A DNA stretch of 64,000 bases. Origin: Coraliomargaritaceae bacterium. GTDB taxonomy: Bacteria > Verrucomicrobiota > Verrucomicrobiia > Opitutales > Coraliomargaritaceae. Below are positions 39,334-47,928 of this stretch, piece after piece. Below the pieces are notes generated by a model. That model saw nothing but the letters and a program-made list of their open reading frames with translations. It was not told where the DNA came from and searched no databases. Made by a program: the position numbers and the translations under genes. Position 1 is the first letter of the stretch; each line of letters opens with the position of its first letter. The stretch spans positions 35,702 through 99,701 of the forward strand of contig CBFHKU010000004.1 of assembly GCA_965656495.1 (NCBI GenBank). The letters are read 5' to 3'.

Positions 39334-39439
39334 CTCAATAATCCTTGCCCATGACCTCCGCTGAGATCCGCCAGTCCTTCCTTGATTCCATTTTCACCAA
39401 AAAAATGGGCGTTGCGGTACTCAAAAATCTGTAATCATT

Positions 39440-39873
39440 TTAACCACGAATGGACACGAATAATCACGAATTTGAAGGCCCTCTCGCAAAAGAAGTGTTT
39501 TCGATCGTGGGCGCTGCCTTCGAAGTTTCCAACCAATTGGGCTGTGGTCTTTTGGAAAAACCCTACGAGAACGCTTTAACAGTTGAATTCAAATTGCGTG
39601 AGATTCCCTTTTCCCAACAACCGCGTTTTAAAGTTCATTATAAATCTGTCCCAGTGGGTGAATATATCCCTGACCTCGTTGCCTTTAAAGAAGTTGTGGT
39701 CGACATAAAAACAATAAACCAGATAGGCAATAATGAGCGGGCTCAGATGCTAAATTATCTAAAAATCACCGGCCTCAAAGTTGGCCTTATTTTAAACTTC
39801 AAGCACTCAAAACTTGAGTGGGAACGTCTTATCATTTGAACATTCGAGTCTATTCGTGTCCATTCGTGGTTAA
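39440..39873 (+). mobile_element. 434-bp TIR-bounded cassette carrying an intact GxxExxY gene (copy 2)
   Basis: Same perfect 23-bp TIRs at 39440-39462 and 39851-39873. The ORF start codon lies inside the left TIR. Confidence 0.7.
39450..39839 (+). CDS. GxxExxY family protein (PD-(D/E)XK nuclease superfamily)
   Basis: 129-aa ORF. GLLEKPYENAL is the G-x-x-E-x-x-Y signature. IPDLVAF...VVVDIKT fits a D...(D/E)xK core. Size and layout are typical of the family. Confidence 0.85.
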   Translation: MDTNNHEFEGPLAKEVFSIVGAAFEVSNQLGCGLLEKPYENALTVEFKLREIPFSQQPRFKVHYKSVPVGEYIPDLVAFKEVVVDIKTINQIGNNERAQMLNYLKITGLKVGLILNFKHSKLEWERLII

Positions 39874-39979
39874 CTCAATAATCCTTGCCCATGACCTCCG
39901 CTGAGATCCGCCAGTCCTTCCTTGATTCCATTTTCACCAAAAAAATGGGCGCCGCGGTACTCAAAAATCTGTAATCATT

Positions 39980-40169
39980 TTAACCACGAATGGACACGAA
40001 TAATCACGAATTTGAAGGCCCTATTGTACAAGAGGCGTTTTCGAGATGAATTATCTAAAAATCACCGGCCTCAAAGTTGGCCTTATTTTAAACTTCAAGC
40101 ACCCAAAACTTGAGTGGGAACGTCTTATCATTTGAACATTCGAGTCTATTCGTGTCCATTCGTGGTTAA
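39980..40169 (+). mobile_element. 190-bp TIR-bounded cassette, internally deleted GxxExxY derivative (copy 3)
   Basis: TIRs at 39980-40002 and 40147-40169. Identical to copy 1 except for one substitution seen by eye (CACTGG vs CACCGG). Confidence 0.7.
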
Positions 40170-40186
40170 CTCAATAATCCTTGCCC

Positions 40187-42922
40187 ATGACCTCCGCTGA
40201 GATCCGCCAGTCCTTTCTCGATTTTTTTGAATCCAAAGCGCACACCTCCGTGCCTTCGGCGTCCCTTATGCCGACTTCCCCGAATCTGCTTTTCACGAAC
40301 GCGGGGATGAATCAGTTTGTGCCTTTCTTCCTCGGTACCGAGAAGGCACCCTACTCGCCGCCGCGCGCCGCTGATACCCAGAAATGCATTCGCGCGGGCG
40401 GTAAACATAACGACCTTGAAGACGTGGGTTATGATACCTACCACCATACCTTCTTCGAAATGCTCGGGAATTGGTCCTTCGGCGATTACTTCAAGGCGGA
40501 GGCGATTGAATGGGGTTGGGAATTGTTAACTCAAGTTTGGGGATTTCCACCCGCCCGTCTTTACGCCACGGTTTACGCGCCCGGCGATGGCGATCCCGCC
40601 GAGTTCGATCAGGAAGCCTACGACCTTTGGAAGGTCTTGTTTGAGAAAGCAGGGCTCGACCCCGAGGTCCATATCATCAACGGCAACAAAAAGGACAACT
40701 TCTGGATGATGGGTGAAACCGGCCCCTGCGGTCCCTGCTCCGAACTGCATGTTGACCTCACTCCCGAGGGCGACAGCAAGGGCGCCCTTGTGAACATGGA
40801 TTCCGACCTCTGTATCGAGATTTGGAACCTCGTCTTCATTCAATTCAACGCGAATGCCGACGGCACCTTCTCCGATCTTCCCGCCAAGCATGTCGATACC
40901 GGCATGGGCTTTGAACGCGCCTGCTCCATCATCCAAAACACCAAAGGCCTCACCGATTTCTCGCAGAAACCCACCAACTACGCCACCGATGTTTTTCAGC
41001 CCCTCTTCCGCACCCTCGAATCCCTGAGCGGCAAAACCTATCAGGACATCTACCCCGCCGCCGATACCGAGCCGAGCCAAGCCCTCACCGAAGCGATCGC
41101 CTTCCGAGTGGTCGCCGACCATATCCGCACCCTCGCCTTCTCGATTGCCGACGGCATTCTCCCCGGCAACAACGGCCGCAACTACGTCCTCCGCCGCATC
41201 CTTCGCCGCGCCGTCAAATACGGTCGCAACCTCGGCTTCGACGGTTCCGAACCCTTCCTCCCGAAATTGGTCGATACCCTCGTCGCGGAATTCAGCGCGG
41301 TCTTCCCGGAAATCAAGACCCGCGCCGCCGCGGTCAAAGAAACCCTCGCCGCCGAAGAAAGCAGCTTCAACAAGACCCTCGATCGCGGCCTCCAACTCTT
41401 TGAAAAGCAATGCCAGGACGGCGCGATCTCCGGCGAAGAAGCCTTCACCCTTTACGATACCTACGGTTTCCCGCTCGACCTCACCGAACTCCTCGCCCGC
41501 GAGCGGGGCCTTGAAGTCGATACCGCCGGTTTTGAAGCCTGCATGGAAACCCAACGCACCCGCGCCCGCGCCGCCCAAAAGAAGACCGTTGTCAAAGCGA
41601 TCGAGCTCGAGACCGACGCCCTCACGGAATTCCTCGGCTTCGATCACGACCACTGCGAGGCTCAAATCCTCGAAGTGCACACTCAGGACGGACAAGCATG
41701 GATCATCCCCGACAAAACCGTTCTGTTTACCGAGATGGGCGGACAGGACGGCGACTGCGGCAGCCTCGAGATTGAGGGGGCACACTACCCGATTAGCGCG
41801 ACCCAAAAAGCCGGTCACGCCGTGGCGCATATTTTGCAAGGCAAACTCCCCGAAGGAATCGCGGCGGGCGCAAAGGTTAAGCTCCACCTCGACCGCGACC
41901 GCCGGGCGCCCATCGAAGCACACCACACCGCCACCCACCTCTTGCACTGGGCGCTCCATCAGCACGTCTCGCCCGACGCCACCCAGCAGGGCTCCAGCGT
42001 TTCTCCCGAACGCCTGCGCTTCGATTTCAATTCCAAAGCCCTCAATGCGGATCAGCTCGCAGCCCTCGAGACCGCCGTGAACACCTGCATCGAAAAAGCA
42101 GAAACCGTCTCCTGGAGCGAAGTCCCCCACGCTGAAGTCAAGGATCGCGCCGACGTGATGCAATTCTTTGGCGACAAATACGGCGAGCAGGTGCGGGTCG
42201 TTCAAATCGGCGGCACCGCCCATGCCCTCGACGGTTATTCCATGGAATTATGCGGCGGCACCCACGTGCGCAATACCAGCGAAATCGGCCCTTTTAAAAT
42301 AAAATCCGAAGGCGCAATTGCGGCGGGCATCCGTCGCATTGAAGCGCTCTGCGGTAAAGCCGCCGAAGACTACCTCAAGGAACAAGCGGCGCTGGAAGCA
42401 GACGCCAAAGCCCAACAACTTGAAAAAATCGAGCATCTGAACGCCGCGCTAGCGAAGCTCGGCCTCGACCCCCTTAAAATCCCGGCGGAAGCCAGCCCGG
42501 AAGCGCTTAAAGCACTGGCGGTCGAAGCCGACAAAGCGCTCAAGAAGGCACAGGCCTCCGCGGCTGCCGGTCAAGCGAACGCCCTCCTCGACGCTGCCCG
42601 CACCGGCGATAACGGCGTGAAGGTGCTGGTGGCGGTCGTCGAAGCACCCGACCCCAACGCCCTTAAGACCATGACCAGCCACCTCGCCGGACAACTGGGC
42701 GAATCCCTCGTGGTGCTCGGAGCGGCCTTCGATGGCAAAGTAAGCCTTTGCGCCCAGGCGAGTCCCGCCGCGATTGCCGCCGGACACGAAGCCGGCACCA
42801 TCATTCGCGAGCTCACCGGAAAACTCGGCGGCAAGGGCGGCGGCAAACCGAACTTCGCAATGGGCGGCGCCCCCGACAACCGCGCACTCGCGGAAGTCCT
42901 CGCGGCCTTTGAACCGTCCTAG
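40187..42922 (+). CDS. alaS: alanine--tRNA ligase
   Basis: Has MTSAEIRQSFLDFFESKAH, FTNAGMNQF, WFEMLGNWSFGDYFK-type motifs, the HxxxH editing-domain motif (HHTATHLLH), and a C-terminal DHHA1 region. ATG 40187 is preferred to TTG 40181. Confidence 0.95.
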   Translation: MTSAEIRQSFLDFFESKAHTSVPSASLMPTSPNLLFTNAGMNQFVPFFLGTEKAPYSPPRAADTQKCIRAGGKHNDLEDVGYDTYHHTFFEMLGNWSFGDYFKAEAIEWGWELLTQVWGFPPARLYATVYAPGDGDPAEFDQEAYDLWKVLFEKAGLDPEVHIINGNKKDNFWMMGETGPCGPCSELHVDLTPEGDSKGALVNMDSDLCIEIWNLVFIQFNANADGTFSDLPAKHVDTGMGFERACSIIQNTKGLTDFSQKPTNYATDVFQPLFRTLESLSGKTYQDIYPAADTEPSQALTEAIAFRVVADHIRTLAFSIADGILPGNNGRNYVLRRILRRAVKYGRNLGFDGSEPFLPKLVDTLVAEFSAVFPEIKTRAAAVKETLAAEESSFNKTLDRGLQLFEKQCQDGAISGEEAFTLYDTYGFPLDLTELLARERGLEVDTAGFEACMETQRTRARAAQKKTVVKAIELETDALTEFLGFDHDHCEAQILEVHTQDGQAWIIPDKTVLFTEMGGQDGDCGSLEIEGAHYPISATQKAGHAVAHILQGKLPEGIAAGAKVKLHLDRDRRAPIEAHHTATHLLHWALHQHVSPDATQQGSSVSPERLRFDFNSKALNADQLAALETAVNTCIEKAETVSWSEVPHAEVKDRADVMQFFGDKYGEQVRVVQIGGTAHALDGYSMELCGGTHVRNTSEIGPFKIKSEGAIAAGIRRIEALCGKAAEDYLKEQAALEADAKAQQLEKIEHLNAALAKLGLDPLKIPAEASPEALKALAVEADKALKKAQASAAAGQANALLDAARTGDNGVKVLVAVVEAPDPNALKTMTSHLAGQLGESLVVLGAAFDGKVSLCAQASPAAIAAGHEAGTIIRELTGKLGGKGGGKPNFAMGGAPDNRALAEVLAAFEPS

Positions 42923-43392
42923 CGCCCCCGCATATCGCGCTCCGCTTCGCGCATCGCGACCTTGCGTTTGAGGGTCTCGCGCTTGTCGTGGAGTTTCTTA
43001 CCGGTACAGAGCGCGATCTCGACCTTGATGAGGCCATGCTTCATAAATACCCGCAGGGGGACAAGGGTTTTGCCGCCCTGTTCAATCGCCCCGAGGAGTT
43101 TATCGATCTCGCGGCGGTGCAGGAGGAGTTTGCGTTTGCGGCGGGGTTCGTGGTTTTGAAGGTTCCCGAATTTGTATTCCCCGATGTGGCTGTTGTAGAG
43201 CCAGACCTGCCCTTTTTCGATTCGGCAAAAGGATTCCCCGATTTGGGCATTGCCCTCACGGATCGCCTTCACCTCCGTGCCGAGCAGGACAACCCCCGCC
43301 TCAAAGCGATCGCCCACGAAGTAATTGTGCGTGGCTTTGGCGTTGCGGACTTCCCGATAACGGGAATCGCTGGATTTTTTTTTGGCAGACAC
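42919..43392 (-). CDS. smpB: SsrA-binding protein
   Basis: 157-aa ORF. Has NAKATHNYFV...GVVLLGTEVKAIREG...LYNSHIGEYKFGN...HEPRRKRKLLLHRREI. A 4-bp convergent overlap with alaS. Confidence 0.95.
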   Translation of the reverse strand: MSAKKKSSDSRYREVRNAKATHNYFVGDRFEAGVVLLGTEVKAIREGNAQIGESFCRIEKGQVWLYNSHIGEYKFGNLQNHEPRRKRKLLLHRREIDKLLGAIEQGGKTLVPLRVFMKHGLIKVEIALCTGKKLHDKRETLKRKVAMREAERDMRGR

Positions 43393-43501
43393 GGTGAAAG
43401 GAGTTGGGCGAAGCTAAGCAGGACAAACTCAGAATCGCAAGCACGCGCACTGCCGCACTTGAAATGCCCGCCAGTGAAAGGGTCGAGTGACCGCCGCGCG
43501 G

Positions 43502-43720
43502 CTAAACTGCCGCTTCGTCTTCGGTCTCGTCGAGCTGATAGGTGATCTTGCCCTCGATGATTTCACGCAGGGCCATATCCTCGGCGGACAGGCGCTCCAA
43601 TGACTCAATCAGGGGCTTGTAACCGCTTTTAAGCTGTTTGGCGCGGCGTGAAACAACATTGATCAGGATCATAGGATCGGTGATCACCTGCTGTGCTTGG
43701 TGTAGGTAGTCGTCTCTCAA
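43502..43720 (-). CDS. rpoZ: DNA-directed RNA polymerase subunit omega
   Basis: 72-aa ORF. ILINVVSRRAKQL is the conserved omega helix. The first codon is TTG. Confidence 0.75.
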   Translation of the reverse strand: MRDDYLHQAQQVITDPMILINVVSRRAKQLKSGYKPLIESLERLSAEDMALREIIEGKITYQLDETEDEAAV

Positions 43721-43868
43721 AGGTATAGTCTCCGCTGTAGGTTGAAATTAAAGAATGTTTGAAAATGAAGCTGTAAACTCGTTTGGCAATAACAATTTGT
43801 GCACTTAATTAACGGTTGAAGATGAATCCGGCTCGACCCAGAGACCATAAAAAGCACACTTGGAAACC

Positions 43869-45413
43869 ATGAGTGAGGCTCCACTATATAATTGGCTCAA
43901 TGAACGCGCGGCGGGGGTCTTGCTGCACCCGACCTCCCTGCCCTCGCCCACCGGGATTGGTAATTTTGGGCAGAGCGCGTATCAGTTCGTCGATTTACTT
44001 GCGGATAGCGGCTTGAGCATTTGGCAGCTATGCCCGCTTGGGCCGACCGGATATGGCGATTCGCCCTATCAATGTTTTTCGGCCTTTGCGGGGAATCCCT
44101 ATTTGATTGATTGCGTCCCATTGCTGGAGGCGGGCTTGGTGCAGTCTGAGGATTTGGAGGGCTTGCGCGGGCTTTCGGCACAACGTTGTGACTTTGGCGC
44201 GCTCTACGAGCGCTTCTGGCCGGTGCTGGAAACAGCGCATCGCCGTTTCGTGGCGAGTGCGGCGGGCAGCGTTCTGGATTACGGTTCCTTTGAGGCATTT
44301 TGCTCCGATGAGGCTGCCTGGCTTGAAAGCTACAGCGTGTTCATGGGCCTGAAGGCGCATTTCGGGGGCAAGTGCTGGCTCGAGTGGCCGGAGGAATTTC
44401 GCGATGCGAAGCAGAGCGCAAAAGGCACCCTACCCGCCGAAGCCGAAGCCGCGAAGGAACTGCATGCCTTCGCGCAATACCTCTTCAGCGCCCAGTATAA
44501 AAAGTTTCGTTCTTATGCCGCCAAAAAGGGCGTCCGGATCATGGGCGACCTTCCGATCTTCGTGGCGCTCGACAGCGCCGACGTCTGGGCAAACCGAGCG
44601 CTCTTTCAACTCAATAAGGACGGCCATCCCCGCTCGGTGGCAGGGGTACCGCCCGATTATTTCGCAGCGGACGGTCAGCTTTGGGGCAATCCGCTCTTCG
44701 AATGGTCGGTGCACAAAGCGGAGGGCTTCGCCTGGTGGCTGGAGCGCATCGAAGCAAACCTCGCACTCTACGACTTCCTCCGGATCGATCACTTCCGGGG
44801 CTTTGAATCCTACTGGGCGGTACCGGGGGATGCGGAAACAGCACGTAAGGGAAACTGGGAGCCCGCCCCCGGCTTGGCACTCTTTCAAGCAATCGCGAAA
44901 GCCTTCCCCGAAGCGCGCATCATCGCAGAAGACTTGGGCGTCATCACGCCCGAGGTCGAGGCCCTGCTGGCGGCGACCGGTCTGCCGGGCATGGCAGTGC
45001 TGCAATTTGCCTTTGGAGGGGAAGCGGACAATGCCTACCTGCCGCACAACCTCCGCCAGAACACGGTGCTCTATACCGGTACCCACGACAACGACACCAG
45101 CCTCGGCTGGTATGCGCAGACCGATTCAACAACGCGCGACCACGTGCGGCGTTATTATGGTATTTCCGGTGAAAACATTGGCTGGGATCTCATTCGCTCG
45201 GCACTGCGCTCCAGCGCGAAGCTCGCGATCCTCCCGCTGCAGGACCTCCTCAGTCTTGGCTCTGAGGCGCGTCTCAACACCCCCGGTCAAGCGCAGGGCA
45301 ATTGGCAATGGCGGGTGCATCCTGAACAACTCCTGCAATTCCGTAATGAGAGTGGCGCCTACCTCAAGGAACTGAACGCGCTTTACGGGCGCTTGCCCCC
45401 ATCAGGCCCATAG
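43869..45413 (+). CDS. malQ: 4-alpha-glucanotransferase (GH77 amylomaltase)
   Basis: Has GVLLHPTSLPS..GIG, SPYQCFSAFAGNPYLI, LRIDHFRGF, IAEDLG and YTGTHDNDT motifs. ATG 43869 is preferred over TTG 43860. Confidence 0.9.
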   Translation: MSEAPLYNWLNERAAGVLLHPTSLPSPTGIGNFGQSAYQFVDLLADSGLSIWQLCPLGPTGYGDSPYQCFSAFAGNPYLIDCVPLLEAGLVQSEDLEGLRGLSAQRCDFGALYERFWPVLETAHRRFVASAAGSVLDYGSFEAFCSDEAAWLESYSVFMGLKAHFGGKCWLEWPEEFRDAKQSAKGTLPAEAEAAKELHAFAQYLFSAQYKKFRSYAAKKGVRIMGDLPIFVALDSADVWANRALFQLNKDGHPRSVAGVPPDYFAADGQLWGNPLFEWSVHKAEGFAWWLERIEANLALYDFLRIDHFRGFESYWAVPGDAETARKGNWEPAPGLALFQAIAKAFPEARIIAEDLGVITPEVEALLAATGLPGMAVLQFAFGGEADNAYLPHNLRQNTVLYTGTHDNDTSLGWYAQTDSTTRDHVRRYYGISGENIGWDLIRSALRSSAKLAILPLQDLLSLGSEARLNTPGQAQGNWQWRVHPEQLLQFRNESGAYLKELNALYGRLPPSGP

Positions 45414-45824
45414 GCCGAGGAAAAAGACCCCGGTCCATGCCGCGGTGCGAATCCAATTGGTGAGGACCAGTCGTCGAATCATCGCTGCATCAAAACCGGA
45501 CTTCTGAAGGGCACGGTGCGCCGGCACGGAAAACACTGCGGTGGCGAGCCACGCCAGCGCCACGAGCGCCGCCGCCGTTACGTGGAATAGGTTCACCTCG
45601 AGCCACAACTGCAGCCCGATCAAGAACGGCTGGGTCAGCATCAGCGGCCCCACGATGAAGCCCATGCGGTTCATGTAGGATTCATGCCATTGCGGGAAGG
45701 CCTCGGGGCGCAGGTGTGCAAAGCCGGGATAAATCGTGAGCTGCACCAACCAGATCAGCACCAGCATGCCCAAATCCACGCAACGCCGGATCGCGTCGAG
45801 ATCATTGAGCCAGTCGATTTCCAT
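45402..45824 (-). CDS. four-TM membrane protein, family not recognised
   Basis: 140-aa ORF with four hydrophobic segments. A 12-bp convergent overlap with malQ. Directly downstream of asd. Confidence 0.45.
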   Translation of the reverse strand: MEIDWLNDLDAIRRCVDLGMLVLIWLVQLTIYPGFAHLRPEAFPQWHESYMNRMGFIVGPLMLTQPFLIGLQLWLEVNLFHVTAAALVALAWLATAVFSVPAHRALQKSGFDAAMIRRLVLTNWIRTAAWTGVFFLGLWA

Positions 45825-45828
45825 TGGA

Positions 45829-46845
45829 TTAGTGCTTTACGAGGCCACGGTCGTGCAACAACTCCGCGATTTGAACAGCGTTGAGGGCGGCGCCCTTCCA
45901 GATTTGGTCACCGGTCACCCACAGCGCCAAACCGTTCTCAAAGACGCGGTCCCGCCGGATGCGCCCCACCCCGCAAGGTATCACCTCGGAATACTCAAGC
46001 GGCATGGGATAACGGCCCTGCTCGGGATCGTCCACCAATTCCGCGCCTTCAAAACCTACAATCGCTTCACGGGCTGCCTCGACCGAAACCGGGCGCTCGA
46101 ATTCCGCGCTGATCGAGATGCTGTGTGCCCGGAAGACCGGCACCCGCACGCAGGTACAAGTGACTTCCAAGTCGCCCAAGCCGAGTATCTTGCGGCCCTC
46201 GTTGAGCATTTTCATCTCTTCACGCGTGTAGCCATCTTCCAGAAAAGCATCGACATGCGGAATGAGGTTAAAGGCGATTTGATGGGGATAGACTTCCTTC
46301 TGTAGGGTCTCGCCCTTCGCCCAGGCACGGGTCTGTTGCTCCAGCTCGATGAGCCCGCCCGCCCCGCTACCAGAGACGGCCTGATAGGTGGACGCAATGA
46401 AACGCTTCAGGCCAAAAGCCTGATGTAAGGGATAGAGTCCCATCAAGGCAATCGCAGTGGAGCAATTGGGGTTTGCAATGATGCCCTTGTGCGCCTCGAC
46501 CGCCTCGGGATTAATTTCCGGGACGACCAGCGGCACTTCCGGGTCATTGCGAAACGCGGAACTGTTATCGACCACAATGCACCCGCTCGCGACCGCTGCT
46601 TGCGCGAAGGCGTTCGACTGCGAACCGCCCGCGCTGAAAATACAAATATCGAGATCTTTGAAGCTCGCCTCGGTCGCTTCTTCGATGACCCAGCTGCGGC
46701 CCTCGTAACTAATGCTTTTGCCCGCCGAACGGGCGGACGCGAGCAGGCGCAAATCCGACATTGGAAAGTTGCGTTCATGCAACAACCTAATGAGTTCTTG
46801 ACCGACCGCACCGGTCGCTCCGAGGATGCCTATAGAATATGCCAT
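45829..46845 (-). CDS. asd: aspartate-semialdehyde dehydrogenase
   Basis: 338-aa ORF. Has IGILGATGAVGQE, NPNCSTI (IIANPNCSTAIAL, active-site Cys) and SGAG motifs. Confidence 0.95.
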   Translation of the reverse strand: MAYSIGILGATGAVGQELIRLLHERNFPMSDLRLLASARSAGKSISYEGRSWVIEEATEASFKDLDICIFSAGGSQSNAFAQAAVASGCIVVDNSSAFRNDPEVPLVVPEINPEAVEAHKGIIANPNCSTAIALMGLYPLHQAFGLKRFIASTYQAVSGSGAGGLIELEQQTRAWAKGETLQKEVYPHQIAFNLIPHVDAFLEDGYTREEMKMLNEGRKILGLGDLEVTCTCVRVPVFRAHSISISAEFERPVSVEAAREAIVGFEGAELVDDPEQGRYPMPLEYSEVIPCGVGRIRRDRVFENGLALWVTGDQIWKGAALNAVQIAELLHDRGLVKH

Positions 46846-47387
46846 TCGATTTAAATCAGGAGAAAGCTAACCTAGAGCAAAGCTGCACAGCCTTGTCAAT
46901 CATACCCACCCCGCGGGTTTTGATTGTCAGCATCGGTCAACAAAAGCTCTATTACCTTTCCGGCGAACAAGAGGCAGCGGTCCTGCCGATCTCGACCTCC
47001 AAAAACCCGCCGTCCTGCATAGCGGAATCGTATGGCACGCCCCTGGGTCTGCACGCGATTGCGGATCGCATCGGTGAGGGGGAAGCGGAAGGGACGGTTT
47101 TTAAAGGCCGCGTTCCGCAGGGGCATTACCGCGATTTACCCGAAGCGGAGCAGTCCCGAAATCTGATCACCTCCCGCATTCTGCGCCTGCGGGGTCTGCA
47201 AGCGGGAAAAAACTGCGGGCGGGGTTGCGATTCGTATGACCGCTACATCTATATACACGGCACGAATCACGAAGACCGGATCGGTGAACCCTTCAGCGGG
47301 GGTTGCATCGAACTGCGAAACAAGGCTATGATTCAGCTATTCAATGAAGTGGCGACTGGCGACCTCGTATGGATTACCTTAAACTAA
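46839..47387 (+). CDS. L,D-transpeptidase (YkuD) family protein
   Basis: 182-aa ORF. IYIHGTNHEDRIGEPFSGGCIELRN is the H-G...S-x-G-C-(I/V)-(R/E) catalytic motif. The annotated ATG overlaps the asd ATG divergently, so the start is uncertain. Confidence 0.75.
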   Translation: MPFDLNQEKANLEQSCTALSIIPTPRVLIVSIGQQKLYYLSGEQEAAVLPISTSKNPPSCIAESYGTPLGLHAIADRIGEGEAEGTVFKGRVPQGHYRDLPEAEQSRNLITSRILRLRGLQAGKNCGRGCDSYDRYIYIHGTNHEDRIGEPFSGGCIELRNKAMIQLFNEVATGDLVWITLN

Positions 47388-47397
47388 AATTTTAAAT

Positions 47398-47919
47398 ATG
47401 TCCGACGAATCCAATCATCCATCCTGGTTTTGCCTGAAAACCCAAACAAAGCGCGAACACATTGCCGCCGGGATGCTTGCGGGGCAATATGAAGTGGAGG
47501 TCTTCTGCCCGCGCATCAGTCAGATCAAAAAGACCCGCGCCGGGAAAAAACGGTTCACGGAAGCGCTCTTCCCGAGCTACATCTTCGCCCGCTTTCATTA
47601 CGAGACCCAGTTCCGAAAAATCATGCACGCGCAAGGCGTGCTCCAGATTGTCGCGACCGGGGATCGCCGCGTCATTCCCGAGCATATTATCGATTCCCTC
47701 AAAGCGAGCCTACCGGAGGACGTCATCGAAGCGCCCGACCTGAGCATTGAACCCGGCGCGGAAATCGAAATTCTAACGGGCTCCCTCAAGGGCTTGAACG
47801 GCAAGGTCCTCGCAGCTATGCCCGCAAAAAAACGAGTGGAGGTACTCCTCGATTTTCTGGGCCGCGAGATCACGGTGGCGATTCATCCGGACGATGTAAT
47901 CCTGAAGGAAAAGGATTAG
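47398..47919 (+). CDS. NusG-family transcription antitermination paralog (RfaH/UpxY-like)
   Basis: 173-aa ORF. NGN domain (WFCLKTQTKREH...FCPRI...EALFPSYIFARF) followed by a KOW-like GAEIEILTGSLKGLNGKVLA. Confidence 0.7.
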   Translation: MSDESNHPSWFCLKTQTKREHIAAGMLAGQYEVEVFCPRISQIKKTRAGKKRFTEALFPSYIFARFHYETQFRKIMHAQGVLQIVATGDRRVIPEHIIDSLKASLPEDVIEAPDLSIEPGAEIEILTGSLKGLNGKVLAAMPAKKRVEVLLDFLGREITVAIHPDDVILKEKD

Positions 47920-47928
47920 AGCGCTGCC

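Noticed and set aside
39023-40113. Track ORFs 39023-39277, 39382-39579 and 39922-40113 (NHFNHEWTRIITNLKAL...)
   Set aside because: These are out-of-frame read-throughs of the leuB end, the left TIR and the deleted cassette. The HEWTRIITN peptide is just the TIR translated. The real coding content is the GxxExxY frame.
40526-42223. 565-aa minus-strand ORF inside alaS. Similar long antisense ORFs occur at 30873-32451 (leuS), 26256-27488 (uvrB), 24570-25703 (proB), 35265-36143 (metF), 38284-39105 (leuB), 1267-1935, 5385-6302 and 7316-8152
   Set aside because: All lie opposite genes with unambiguous conserved motifs and have low-complexity shadow-frame composition. They are stop-codon-poor antisense frames, not overlapping genes.
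43393-43501. tmRNA (ssrA) or another ncRNA next to smpB
   Set aside because: No tRNA-like acceptor/T-arm and no tag-reading-frame features are visible in the flanking spacers.
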